Counted from the first letter of the stretch, positions 8,014 through 16,125 are shown. The stretch is 17,927 nucleotides of DNA from a virus (IMGVR_UViG_2585427748_000008:1-17927), one strand, 5' to 3'. The notes: generated from the sequence alone by a model not told the origin. Numbers and translations: made by a program.

Positions 8014-9009
8014 GTGACTGTGAGAGCACTACTGACCCCTGAAATTGCCCCGCGTATGGGGATCGTATTGTTCAGGCCAGGTTCAGAGCTGATGCCCCTG
8101 TTTATGCAGGGGCGTGTCCTGCTGGAGCCTGAGCCGGAGCGTTATTCATCTTTCGCCAGTGGTGCCGTTCCGGCGGCATCACAACCGCTGGCGGATGATC
8201 CTGCCGTTCGGGCCGTGTTCCGCCATGAGGCAGTGATCCGTCGTGCTGGTGGCGTGGAATGTCTTGAAAGCTGGTTACTTCGTGAAAAAGGCTGCCAGTG
8301 GCCTCATTCCGGATGGCACAGCGAGAACATGACCACAATGCGACACGCTCCGGGTGCAATCCGTCTGTGCTGGCACTGCGATAACCAGCTGCGCGATCAG
8401 TTCACGGAACGGCTGGAATCAATGGCAACGGATAACTGTGCCCGCTGGGTGTTGTCTGTTGTGCGTCGGGATCTCGGTTTTGATGACAGTCACGTTGTGA
8501 CAATGCCGGAACTGTGCTGGTGGCTGATTCGTAATGACCTGGCGGATGCCTTACCGGAAAGTGCAGCCCGTAAGGCACTGAGATTACCGAAGCCTGTTGT
8601 GCCGTCTGTCACCCGGGAAAGTGACCTTGTGCCTTCGGTTCCTGCCACCAGCATCATCCAGGATAAAGCGAAAAAGGTGCTGGCGCTGAAAGTGGATCCG
8701 GAGTCGCCGGAGTCTTTTATGTTACGCCCCAAACGTCGCCGCTGGGTTAATGAAAAGTACACGCGCTGGGTTAAGACGCAGCCGTGTGCATGTTGTGGAA
8801 AGCCTGCTGATGATCCCCACCATCTGATAGGCCACGGTCAGGGGGGAATGGGTACAAAAGCGCATGATCTCTTTGTGTTGCCTTTGTGCAGAAAGCATCA
8901 CGACGAGCTGCATGCGGATACCGTGGCATTTGAAGAGAAGTATGGCTCCCAGCTGGAGTTGATATTTCGTTTTATCGATCGTGCGCTGGCAATTGGTGTG
9001 CTGGCCTGA
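8014..9009 (+). CDS. DUF968-like prophage protein (Cys/His-rich HNH-like C-terminus)
   Basis: 331-aa ORF; C-terminal CACCGKPADDPHHLIGHGQGGMGTKAHDLFVLPLCRKHHDELH; start codon uncertain (GTG 8014, GTG 8020 or ATG 8056). Confidence 0.7.
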   Translation: MTVRALLTPEIAPRMGIVLFRPGSELMPLFMQGRVLLEPEPERYSSFASGAVPAASQPLADDPAVRAVFRHEAVIRRAGGVECLESWLLREKGCQWPHSGWHSENMTTMRHAPGAIRLCWHCDNQLRDQFTERLESMATDNCARWVLSVVRRDLGFDDSHVVTMPELCWWLIRNDLADALPESAARKALRLPKPVVPSVTRESDLVPSVPATSIIQDKAKKVLALKVDPESPESFMLRPKRRRWVNEKYTRWVKTQPCACCGKPADDPHHLIGHGQGGMGTKAHDLFVLPLCRKHHDELHADTVAFEEKYGSQLELIFRFIDRALAIGVLA

Positions 9010-9026
9010 TTTTGTGGAGAAAGTTG

Positions 9027-9383
9027 ATGCGTGATATGTATGAAGTAATGGATCGTTGGGGAGCTTGGGCTGCTTCAGACAATAGCGGAGTGGACTGGCA
9101 GCCGATAGCGGCTGGTTTCAAGGGACTTTTACCTCATGGCAAAAAGTCACGGATTCAGTGTGATGATGACGAAGGCATCATGATAGACAGTTGTGTGGCT
9201 CGGTTGAGAAGGTATAAACCAGAGGAATATGAGCTCATCATCGCCCACTTTGTTATCGGTATCTCATTACGTACTATTGCGAAGAAGAGAAAATGCTCTG
9301 ATGGCACAATTAGGAAGGAACTGCAAACTGCAATGGGGTTTGTTGACGGCTGTTTAGCAATGTTAGCTTATAGTATGGCATAA
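9027..9383 (+). CDS. Q: Late-gene antiterminator Q (phage 82/21-type family)
   Basis: ATG with GGAGA 6 nt upstream (track start 9012 is an upstream TTG); MRDMYEVMDRWGAWAA...WQPIAAGFKGLLP...CSDG pattern typical of this Q family (from memory); last gene of the nin-like region. Confidence 0.75.
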   Translation: MRDMYEVMDRWGAWAASDNSGVDWQPIAAGFKGLLPHGKKSRIQCDDDEGIMIDSCVARLRRYKPEEYELIIAHFVIGISLRTIAKKRKCSDGTIRKELQTAMGFVDGCLAMLAYSMA

Positions 9384-10577
9384 AAAATAAAATAGATTTA
9401 CTGCCGATTTTTCAAAAAAGACTGGGAACTGTTTATATCCAACGTAAATAAGGCCTCCATAAAACATGGCTGATGCGAGATATTTAACAGTTCTCATCCT
9501 TTTTTTAGCTTTATCAATCAAACCTGTAATGCTACTCTTAATACTATCTGCATTATCTTTGATTTCTTTATTTTCTTCAAACTTTAAATACTTATCGAAA
9601 GCGGACTCCACTCGAGAACGTAAGTTGTCGAATGTTTCATTGAATATCTCAATAGAAATGTAATTGACTTTTTTTATCATCCAAAGTCCTGCGATAATCA
9701 ATATTGCTTCGGTTGTTTCATTAGCCTTCACTAAGCCACCAGCAGCTATTAATGCACCGGGAATAGTCAATGCTTTTGTCTGATTAGATGATATGAATTC
9801 GTTAATTTTACTCGTGAACTCAAGATTTTTCTCATCGAGTTCGTTAAGAATTTTATTTACAGAAAACCTCTTTGTGTAAATCTCATATAGTTCATCATAT
9901 TTTTTCCTGACGAGTTCAGTAGAGTTAAGCAAGTCAAAGAAATTGAACGTACCATTTGCTTTAAATACTTCGTTTATGGCTGAGCGTATAACGAGCTTGC
10001 GCTCGCTTTTGTGTAAATCATTGATTTTTATTGTGTCGAGAAGCTCCTTTATAATTTCATATTTAAGAGACGAGTTCGATAAGCGATTAATCTCGCTATA
10101 TTGTAAAAAATGCGTGAGTTCGACTGTATAACTTTTGTCTTCATTGGTGAAAAATAAGACAGAGCAGTCACTGTTATGATGATCAGCAATTAATGAAAGG
10201 ATATCTTTCCACATAAAGAAAATATGGATTTTTTCGATGCTTTCATTCTTAGAAGTAGGGAGTATTAACGGCGTTCCGATGATATAATTTTTCGGAAGAG
10301 CGTTTTGGGTGTTTACTCTAGACCAAAAAGACTCAACATTCTCATAAATTATAGCGTCATCCCAAGATGAAGCTTGGCGATCTAGCCAAATTTCATTATT
10401 TTCGATGCAGGTTGTTGCCTTTTTATAACCTATAGATTGTAACAGTCTAATTATTTCAGAACTATTTACAATAACAATGCTTTCTTCAAGACTTATGACA
10501 GTGTAGTAGCCCTCAACTCTGCTTGAGGCTCCGTTAATAATCTGCGCTAATCTTGATAAGTCATCAGCAATTGTCAT
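9363..10577 (-). CDS. Hypothetical protein with hydrophobic C-terminal segments (predicted membrane protein); second gene of an AT-rich cassette
   Basis: 404-aa ORF; start 2 nt after the stop of the upstream cassette gene; hydrophobic stretches ALTIPGALIAAGGLV...AILIIAGLWMI and YLASAMFYGGLIYVGY; sampled GC ~28-42% versus ~58% in flanks; 3' end overlaps the Q 3' end by 21 nt. Confidence 0.7.
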   Translation of the reverse strand: MTIADDLSRLAQIINGASSRVEGYYTVISLEESIVIVNSSEIIRLLQSIGYKKATTCIENNEIWLDRQASSWDDAIIYENVESFWSRVNTQNALPKNYIIGTPLILPTSKNESIEKIHIFFMWKDILSLIADHHNSDCSVLFFTNEDKSYTVELTHFLQYSEINRLSNSSLKYEIIKELLDTIKINDLHKSERKLVIRSAINEVFKANGTFNFFDLLNSTELVRKKYDELYEIYTKRFSVNKILNELDEKNLEFTSKINEFISSNQTKALTIPGALIAAGGLVKANETTEAILIIAGLWMIKKVNYISIEIFNETFDNLRSRVESAFDKYLKFEENKEIKDNADSIKSSITGLIDKAKKRMRTVKYLASAMFYGGLIYVGYKQFPVFFEKSAVNLFYFLCHTIS

Positions 10578-10579
10578 TA

Positions 10580-11755
10580 TTAGCTGTCTCTATATCTTTT
10601 GAGTTCATCATAATTTGCCTGACTCAATTTTATCACAATTTCGCATTTGTTGTCAGTGAGAATTACAGGCTTATTTGACTTTTCGTCTCCAATAGCTCCA
10701 CGCATTATTTTCAACTTAAAATTATTGTCGTTATCTGCCACTTCAATTGTAAGCGCGCTTTCAGCTGCTTTAGGAGTTGGTTCAAATTGAGGGTCAATCT
10801 GGAAACCATTAAGATTAACAAAATCGACAAACGTTCCCTTACATTTGTGTGAATCAGTCAGGCATGAGTCAATTATTTTTGAAATATCCTCTATCTTAAC
10901 GGACTTATTTCCGTGTTTATCTTTTGATTTTTTTTCCAGTAAGGATTTAACTTCATTGTCAATAGTATCACGCAGTACACGACCGAGTGAGTTTTTACTA
11001 GCAAAAATATCTATAGCACTGAATAATTGCTGAATGCTTCTTTTATTGTCCGAATCATGTCGGCAACCTAATGAGTCTTTGAAAAAATCGCTTTTAGATT
11101 TACCTTGCAAGAAATGTACATATGAGTCACCCTTGTTTTCTGGATAACTGGCTTCGAATAAAGTTAAATCGAACATCGCAGCCTGCCGTAAGGCATCGGT
11201 ATTAATTGGATTTAATCTTGTTGGGGTCAACTTATCCGAATCAAAGTCATAGGCGCTTTGTTTATCAACCATTACGATTAGAAGTTTCCCCAAATCCTCT
11301 GGTTCGGTAGACTTATAGTGGATGAAAACAACGCTCCCCCCCTGAAGTTGGGCAACTCTCGATTCGTTATTAGCATTATGTTTAAGCTTCTCTATTATAG
11401 CTCTAGATAAATCAATGAATTCATTATTTTTATTAATGTATTTTTTTAGGATCGTAGGAATGGATGAAGGGTTGTGATCTGAGTCTAGGAAGTTATGAAA
11501 TTTGTTTTTTCGGCTAAATTTTTTCTCAATTCTGGTTATGAATTCAGATGTGACTTCATTTTTTAGATCCCAAACTTCACCTAATCGATAATCAAATGCT
11601 CTTGAATCATTTTTTTCAAGATTTGCTGTTACAGCACCAATAGGAAAGTACGATTGTTTGCCCAGCACTACAACATGAGGCGTGGCACCGCATTTATCGC
11701 AAGCTACAGTTGGGTCGTCAAGAACATTGCCACATTCTAAACAAGTTATATCCAT
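10580..11755 (-). CDS. Hypothetical protein with N-terminal CxxC-X10-CxxC zinc ribbon and NdpA/YejK-like (NA37) region; first gene of the cassette
   Basis: 391-aa ORF; Cys at residues 5, 8, 19 and 22 (CLECGNVLDDPTVACDKCG); GGSVVFIHYKS and YVHFLQGKSKSDFFKDSLG resemble motifs I recall from nucleoid-associated protein NdpA (unverified); a TATAAT hexamer lies about 12 nt upstream of the ATG on the minus strand. Confidence 0.7.
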   Translation of the reverse strand: MDITCLECGNVLDDPTVACDKCGATPHVVVLGKQSYFPIGAVTANLEKNDSRAFDYRLGEVWDLKNEVTSEFITRIEKKFSRKNKFHNFLDSDHNPSSIPTILKKYINKNNEFIDLSRAIIEKLKHNANNESRVAQLQGGSVVFIHYKSTEPEDLGKLLIVMVDKQSAYDFDSDKLTPTRLNPINTDALRQAAMFDLTLFEASYPENKGDSYVHFLQGKSKSDFFKDSLGCRHDSDNKRSIQQLFSAIDIFASKNSLGRVLRDTIDNEVKSLLEKKSKDKHGNKSVKIEDISKIIDSCLTDSHKCKGTFVDFVNLNGFQIDPQFEPTPKAAESALTIEVADNDNNFKLKIMRGAIGDEKSNKPVILTDNKCEIVIKLSQANYDELKRYRDS

Positions 11756-11875
11756 TATATATCCCGAATTATAAGAATGAATTTTTATGTGGCTGAAAAT
11801 TCTATCAAAACACTAACGCGTACGCAAAAAGTATTGTATTGTGTTAAGAGTGGTTACTTCGCCACACAACTTAAC

Positions 11876-11897
11876 CCCGCCACTGAGCGGGTTTTTT
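11876..11897 (+). terminator. Intrinsic terminator-like hairpin (CCCGC-CACTGA-GCGGG followed by TTTTTT); candidate tR'-type site
   Basis: 5-bp GC stem 11876-11880 / 11887-11891 followed by a 6-T run; lies in the non-coding stretch between the cassette promoter side and the FaeA-like gene. Confidence 0.4.
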
Positions 11898-12021
11898 GTA
11901 CCTGTAAACTTGGTGCAGTACAGTAAACACGCTGGTGGTCGTGAATACTGGCTTTTTATCTTGCTGGCTTTTTAGACAAGAGTTATTGGTATGTCACGTT
12001 AACCGGAAAGGGTAAAAAGAC

Positions 12022-12219
12022 ATGCTGAAACAGCAGGATATGACAGAAACCGCCAGAGTTGTGTTTGATGAATTAAGCGTTACCGAACCGGCGACAGTCG
12101 GGGAGATTGCGCAGAATACTTACCTTTCACGCGAACGCTGCCAGTTAATACTGACCCAGCTTGTTATGGCGGGTCTGGCAGACTATCAGTGCGGTTGTTA
12201 CAGACGCCTTCAGTCCTGA
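12022..12219 (+). CDS. Small winged-helix regulator, FaeA/PapI-like
   Basis: 65-aa ORF; TVGEIAQNTYLSRERCQLILTQLVMAGLADYQ resembles PapI/FaeA-type wH proteins (from memory); its stop is embedded in a strong terminator hairpin. Confidence 0.5.
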   Translation: MLKQQDMTETARVVFDELSVTEPATVGEIAQNTYLSRERCQLILTQLVMAGLADYQCGCYRRLQS

Positions 12220-12232
12220 AGGCTTTTTATTT
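12206..12232 (+). terminator. Rho-independent terminator after the FaeA-like gene
   Basis: 7-bp stem GCCTTCA/TGAAGGC with loop GTCC (12206-12223) followed by TTTTTATTT. Confidence 0.55.
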
Positions 12233-12353
12233 GTGGTGAATGGGCGGCTGGTGGGGGGGCGACACCTGTCAGTCCTTTGCTTATGTGTTGATGATAATTT
12301 ACCTTTTGGGGCTATAATTGAGCTAACCAATTGCTAATGAAAGTAAAATTATA

Positions 12354-13067
12354 ATGGCTGTTGTCTGTTCAGTTATCATGGTTTGCTCCCCAATTAATAT
12401 TTTTCTTGAAAAGGATACGTTGTCACTTAAGCCAGGCTCAGTTGTTCTGGCCACCAAATGCATCAGGGAGCTTTTCCTTATGCATTATGGCAAAGTTAAA
12501 ATTGTCGATATAAGCGAATCCGTCGTAAGTCAATATCTGGAAAGTCAGCATAAGCTGACGAGGACTCGTCTGACTGACATTCCGCTTTACCTGTTGCTGG
12601 AACCCAACAATCCTGCGTTGGCTGCGGCTTTAATTACCAGCCAGGGATTTTCCGGAGAGGCCACGGATATGTTTCTTATGATGGCCTGCCTGTCTCTGTT
12701 TGAAACAGATGAACGGATGTCATTGTTTTTAAGTGGATGTTTATCCAGCATAAGTGCCAAAGTCAGGGCGATAATTCAGACAGATATATCAGCAAGCTGG
12801 ACGCTTGGTGCGATTGCTCTACAGTTGCATATGAGTGAGAGTTTGTTAAAGACAAAACTGAAAAATGAAGGGGGCATGTTCAGTCGCTTGTTGCTGGAAG
12901 AGCGGATGCGTGTTGCTGTAAATATGTTATGTTCCCGGCATGGATATGGACAGGCTATAGCAGAAAAATGCGGTTATTCAAGCAGGTCCTACTTTATTTC
13001 TGTATTTCACCGCTATTATGGCTTCCCGCCAGACAGATATGTATCCAGGCAAGGGCTTGATTATTGA
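12354..13067 (+). CDS. AraC-family transcriptional regulator (AppY/GadX-like prophage regulator)
   Basis: 237-aa ORF with C-terminal AraC-type HTH (WTLGAIALQLHMSESLLKTKLK...AIAEKCGYSSRSYFISVFHRYYGFPP); a TATAAT hexamer sits at 12314-12319 upstream. Confidence 0.8.
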   Translation: MAVVCSVIMVCSPINIFLEKDTLSLKPGSVVLATKCIRELFLMHYGKVKIVDISESVVSQYLESQHKLTRTRLTDIPLYLLLEPNNPALAAALITSQGFSGEATDMFLMMACLSLFETDERMSLFLSGCLSSISAKVRAIIQTDISASWTLGAIALQLHMSESLLKTKLKNEGGMFSRLLLEERMRVAVNMLCSRHGYGQAIAEKCGYSSRSYFISVFHRYYGFPPDRYVSRQGLDY

Positions 13068-13095
13068 TTTTCATCTGATTATTATTTTTTGGCTC

Positions 13096-13171
13096 GGCCC
13101 TTTAGCTCAGTGGTGAGAGCGAGCGACTCATAATCGCCAGGTCGCTGGTTCAAATCCAGCAAGGGCCACCA
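13096..13171 (+). tRNA. ileZ: tRNA with CAT anticodon (Ile2-lysidine type or Met), 3' CCA encoded
   Basis: Manual fold: 7-bp acceptor GGCCCTT/AAGGGCC, D-arm TAGCTCAGTGGTGAGAGC, anticodon loop CTCATAA, T-arm CTGGTTCAAATCCAG, discriminator A then CCA. Symbol given by analogy to the ileZ-argN-argO cluster of Stx phages. Confidence 0.85.
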
Positions 13172-13178
13172 TCACATA

Positions 13179-13252
13179 CCGCCATTAGCTCATCAGGAAA
13201 GAGCGCCAGCCTTCGAAGCTGGTTGCGCGGAGTTCGGGTCCCCGAAGGCGGT
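13179..13252 (+). tRNA. argN: tRNA-Arg-like (anticodon TCG), aberrant: one acceptor-stem and one T-stem mismatch, no encoded CCA
   Basis: Manual fold: acceptor CCGCCAT/AAGGCGG (6 of 7 pairs), D-stem GCTC/GAGC, anticodon stem CCAGC/GCTGG with loop CTTCGAA, T-arm CGGAG-TTCGGGT-CCCCG (4 of 5 pairs). Confidence 0.6.
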
Positions 13253-13268
13253 TCATTATCTGTATCCT

Positions 13269-13345
13269 GCGTTGTTAGCTCAGCCGGACAGAGCAATTGC
13301 CTTCTAAGCAATCGGTCACTGGTTCGAATACAGTAGAACGCGCCA
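13269..13345 (+). tRNA. argO: tRNA-Arg (anticodon TCT), with one acceptor-stem and one T-stem mismatch; CCA encoded
   Basis: Manual fold: acceptor GCGTTGT/AGAACGC (6 of 7), D-arm TAGCTCAGCCGGACAGAGC, anticodon stem ATTGC/GCAAT with loop CTTCTAA, T-arm ACTGG-TTCGAAT-ACAGT (4 of 5), discriminator G then CCA. Confidence 0.75.
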
Positions 13346-13360
13346 CACTTATTTTCCCTG

Positions 13361-13384
13361 GCTCGCTTTTGCGGGCTTTTTTTT
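13361..13384 (+). terminator. Intrinsic terminator after the tRNA cluster
   Basis: GCTCGC-TTTT-GCGGGC hairpin (6 bp including one G-U) followed by an 8-T run. Confidence 0.6.
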
Positions 13385-13833
13385 AAATGTCTCACAATTC
13401 AGGCGGTTGACTGTTGTCTGGTTTGCGGGGAGTTTGTTAAAAGAAACTGGCATGGTGAATCCCCCTGTGCGGAGGGGCAATCAGCGAGTAGGTATATGGG
13501 ATAATCGCGGATTCAGGTGCTGGTACTGAATTCACCGGGAGGCACCCGGCACCATGCAATGGCACATAGTGCCACTCTCCAGCCCCTCTCCGGAGGGGCT
13601 TTCTTATGGACAAAAAAAGCCCGCGCAGGGAGACGCGGGCGGCAAGGAATAAACAACAAAACGTGAAGTAATATTTCAGCTGGCGAATAATATCCGACAG
13701 TAATCACTCTGCGCAATAGCGCGGCCTTTTTCGTATTGCGGGCTGTTGTCTATCTTCTGCCATTGTCCTGTAACTTCCGGACTTCAGCCCGCTCCTCATT
13801 TTACTCACAATATTATCCAGGCCGGGAGGATTC

Positions 13834-15795
13834 ATGGCATTTAAACACTATGACGTGGTCAGGGCGGCGTCGCCGTCAGACCTTGCGGAGCGACTGACAC
13901 AAAAACTGAAGGAGGGGTGGCAGCCATTTGGCAGTCCGGTGGCCATCACGCCTTATACCCTGATGCAGGCCATTGCGGCGGAAGGTGATGTCACCACACC
14001 TGTGGTGGTGAAGCCGTCGGATGGAGAAGGCGCAGTTATCAGCACCACCAGCAACCCGGAGTATTACTTTGTTGTTGCCCTGGCCGGGCAGTCAAACGGT
14101 ATGGCGTATGGTGAAGGGCTTCCGCTGCCGGAGACATATGACCGTCCGGACCCGCGTATTAAACAGCTGGCGCGTCGCAGCACTGTCACGCCGGGTGGTG
14201 CGTCCTGTAACTACAATGACATTATTCCTGCGGACCACTGCCTGCATGATGTTCAGGATTTGAGTAAGTTTTCACACCCGAAAGCTAGCGCAGCTCAGTA
14301 TGGATGCGTGGGGCAGGGATTACATATCGCGAAGAAATTGTTGCCGTTTATTCCGGCGAATGCCGGTATTCTTCTGGTTCCGTGCTGCCGTGGTGGTTCT
14401 GCATTTTTGGCGGGCGATGAAGGTACCTTCAGCGAATCCACCGGCGCAAGCGAGACCTCGGCACGCTGGGGTGTAGATAAGCCACTGTACAAGGACCTGC
14501 TTACCCGTACTCAGGCCGCACTGAAGGCTAACCCTAAAAATATTCTGCTTGCAGTGGTCTGGATGCAGGGCGAGTTTGATTTGAAACAGGGTGCATACGC
14601 CACTCAGCCGGGGCTGTTTGATTCCATGGTGGAAAAATATCGTTCTGACCTGTCGGAATTCGGAGGTCAGTGTCTCGGGGGCTCTCCGTCATCGGTTCCC
14701 TGGATTTGTGGCGACACGACCTACTACTGGAAGCAGACTTATTCTTCGCAATACGATGCGGTGTATGGTGCATACAAGACGAAATCCGCAAAAAAAATCT
14801 TCTTTGTGCCGTTTATGACGGATGAAAACGGGCGAAATGTGGGTACCAACGAGCCGTCAGAAGATCCGGATGTTGCGGATATTGGGTATTACGGAGCCGG
14901 TGGTCGAACGGACGCCAAAACCTGGACGACGGCCGACCGTAAAACGCATTTTGGATCATGGGCACGTCGTGGGATTATTTCCGACCGTCTGGCAACGGCG
15001 ATTCTTGTGCATGCCGGGAGAACCGCTGAATTCATTACCGGAAAACAGCCTGATACGGTGAAGCCCACCGGACCTTCCGGTGAAGGTACGGAGAGAGAGC
15101 CGGAAGCCCCGGTCAGTAACCGAACCCTGATGAGTCTGCTGGCGTCCGGCGAAGACCTGGCATCACAGGGCTGGCGCTATTATCACAAACCGGCGAGCGG
15201 AGACAATGTTAACAAAAACATTGCTGAAGCGGTGGTCAGTGATGCGGGGGCTACGGGAGGTAAGGCCCTGCAACTGAATAAACCGGAAAACCACATCTGG
15301 TTTCTGGAGCATGATGCAGCCGGACAGGGAGTGGAGTTACTGAAGAAGGGGGGACGTGTGAGCGTACGGTTTAAGTTGCCGGGTTCACTGGTGCCGAATC
15401 GGTTTGCCCTGGGCATTTACTGGCAGTTGTCGTCCCTGCCGGAGGGAGTGACGCTGGCAGAGGAAGGCAACGACATGCTGATGTCCTTCTTCCTGCAGAC
15501 GGATGCGACGAACCTGAACGCGATGTACCACAAGAAGCCGAATGCGAAGCTGGATACGTTCGGGGTCTTTGATAACGGATGGCACACACTGGCTTTTGAG
15601 TTTGCCGGAAACAACAGCATTCAGGTGACGCCGGTACTGGATGAGAAACGGGGGACGCCGTTCACACTGGTGAAATCTCCGGCATCAGGGGCGGCGGACA
15701 AACTGCAACTGACAGGCATATCAAAGGCGGCGACATATACGCTGCTGATTGACAGTGTGAAGGTGGAAGTGAACAACGCGGATGCCGCGGCATGA
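13834..15795 (+). CDS. nanS-p: Prophage sialate O-acetylesterase NanS-p (N-terminal DUF1737-like region, SASA/SGNH esterase core, C-terminal extension)
   Basis: 653-aa ORF with GGGAGGA RBS; the AGQSNG motif (FVVALAGQSNGMAYGEG) is typical of the sialate O-acetylesterase catalytic site; sits where nanS-p lies downstream of stx in Stx phages. Confidence 0.85.
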   Translation: MAFKHYDVVRAASPSDLAERLTQKLKEGWQPFGSPVAITPYTLMQAIAAEGDVTTPVVVKPSDGEGAVISTTSNPEYYFVVALAGQSNGMAYGEGLPLPETYDRPDPRIKQLARRSTVTPGGASCNYNDIIPADHCLHDVQDLSKFSHPKASAAQYGCVGQGLHIAKKLLPFIPANAGILLVPCCRGGSAFLAGDEGTFSESTGASETSARWGVDKPLYKDLLTRTQAALKANPKNILLAVVWMQGEFDLKQGAYATQPGLFDSMVEKYRSDLSEFGGQCLGGSPSSVPWICGDTTYYWKQTYSSQYDAVYGAYKTKSAKKIFFVPFMTDENGRNVGTNEPSEDPDVADIGYYGAGGRTDAKTWTTADRKTHFGSWARRGIISDRLATAILVHAGRTAEFITGKQPDTVKPTGPSGEGTEREPEAPVSNRTLMSLLASGEDLASQGWRYYHKPASGDNVNKNIAEAVVSDAGATGGKALQLNKPENHIWFLEHDAAGQGVELLKKGGRVSVRFKLPGSLVPNRFALGIYWQLSSLPEGVTLAEEGNDMLMSFFLQTDATNLNAMYHKKPNAKLDTFGVFDNGWHTLAFEFAGNNSIQVTPVLDEKRGTPFTLVKSPASGAADKLQLTGISKAATYTLLIDSVKVEVNNADAAA

Positions 15796-15930
15796 TAAAA
15801 AAAGCCGCCAGCGGCAGGAACGGAAGCTGGCGGAGGGAATCCCAATGGAGAATGTAAAGAAAAGATGCTTTCGTATATCGGTTTTTTAAATGAAAACAGT
15901 TCTCATTGTCAACCATAACGGTAAGAAACT

Positions 15931-16125
15931 ATGACATTTATTCATCAGGTGATGCTGTACTTCTGTACGGCGGTCTGTGTGCTGTATCTTCTTTCGGGTG
16001 GGTACAGGGCAGTGCGCGATTTCTGGCGCAGGCAGATTGATAAAAGGGCCGCAGAGAAAATCAGCGCCAGTCAGTCAGCCGGAGCAAAAACAGAAGCCCC
16101 ACTCATTCCGGAACAACCTTCTTAA
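15931..16125 (+). CDS. Small hypothetical protein with one hydrophobic segment (64 aa)
   Basis: ORF only; hydrophobic VMLYFCTAVCVLYLLSGGY; weak RBS; no family recognised. Confidence 0.3.
   Translation: MTFIHQVMLYFCTAVCVLYLLSGGYRAVRDFWRRQIDKRAAEKISASQSAGAKTEAPLIPEQPS

Noticed and set aside
13513-13716. 67-aa minus-strand ORF in the tRNA-to-nanS-p spacer
   Set aside because: It spans the GC-rich hairpin cluster, has no RBS and an Arg/Pro-rich composition; more likely structured non-coding DNA.
13346-13833. Shiga toxin genes (stxA/stxB) in the canonical slot
   Set aside because: Only ~490 bp of non-coding DNA is present, with no ORF of the right size.
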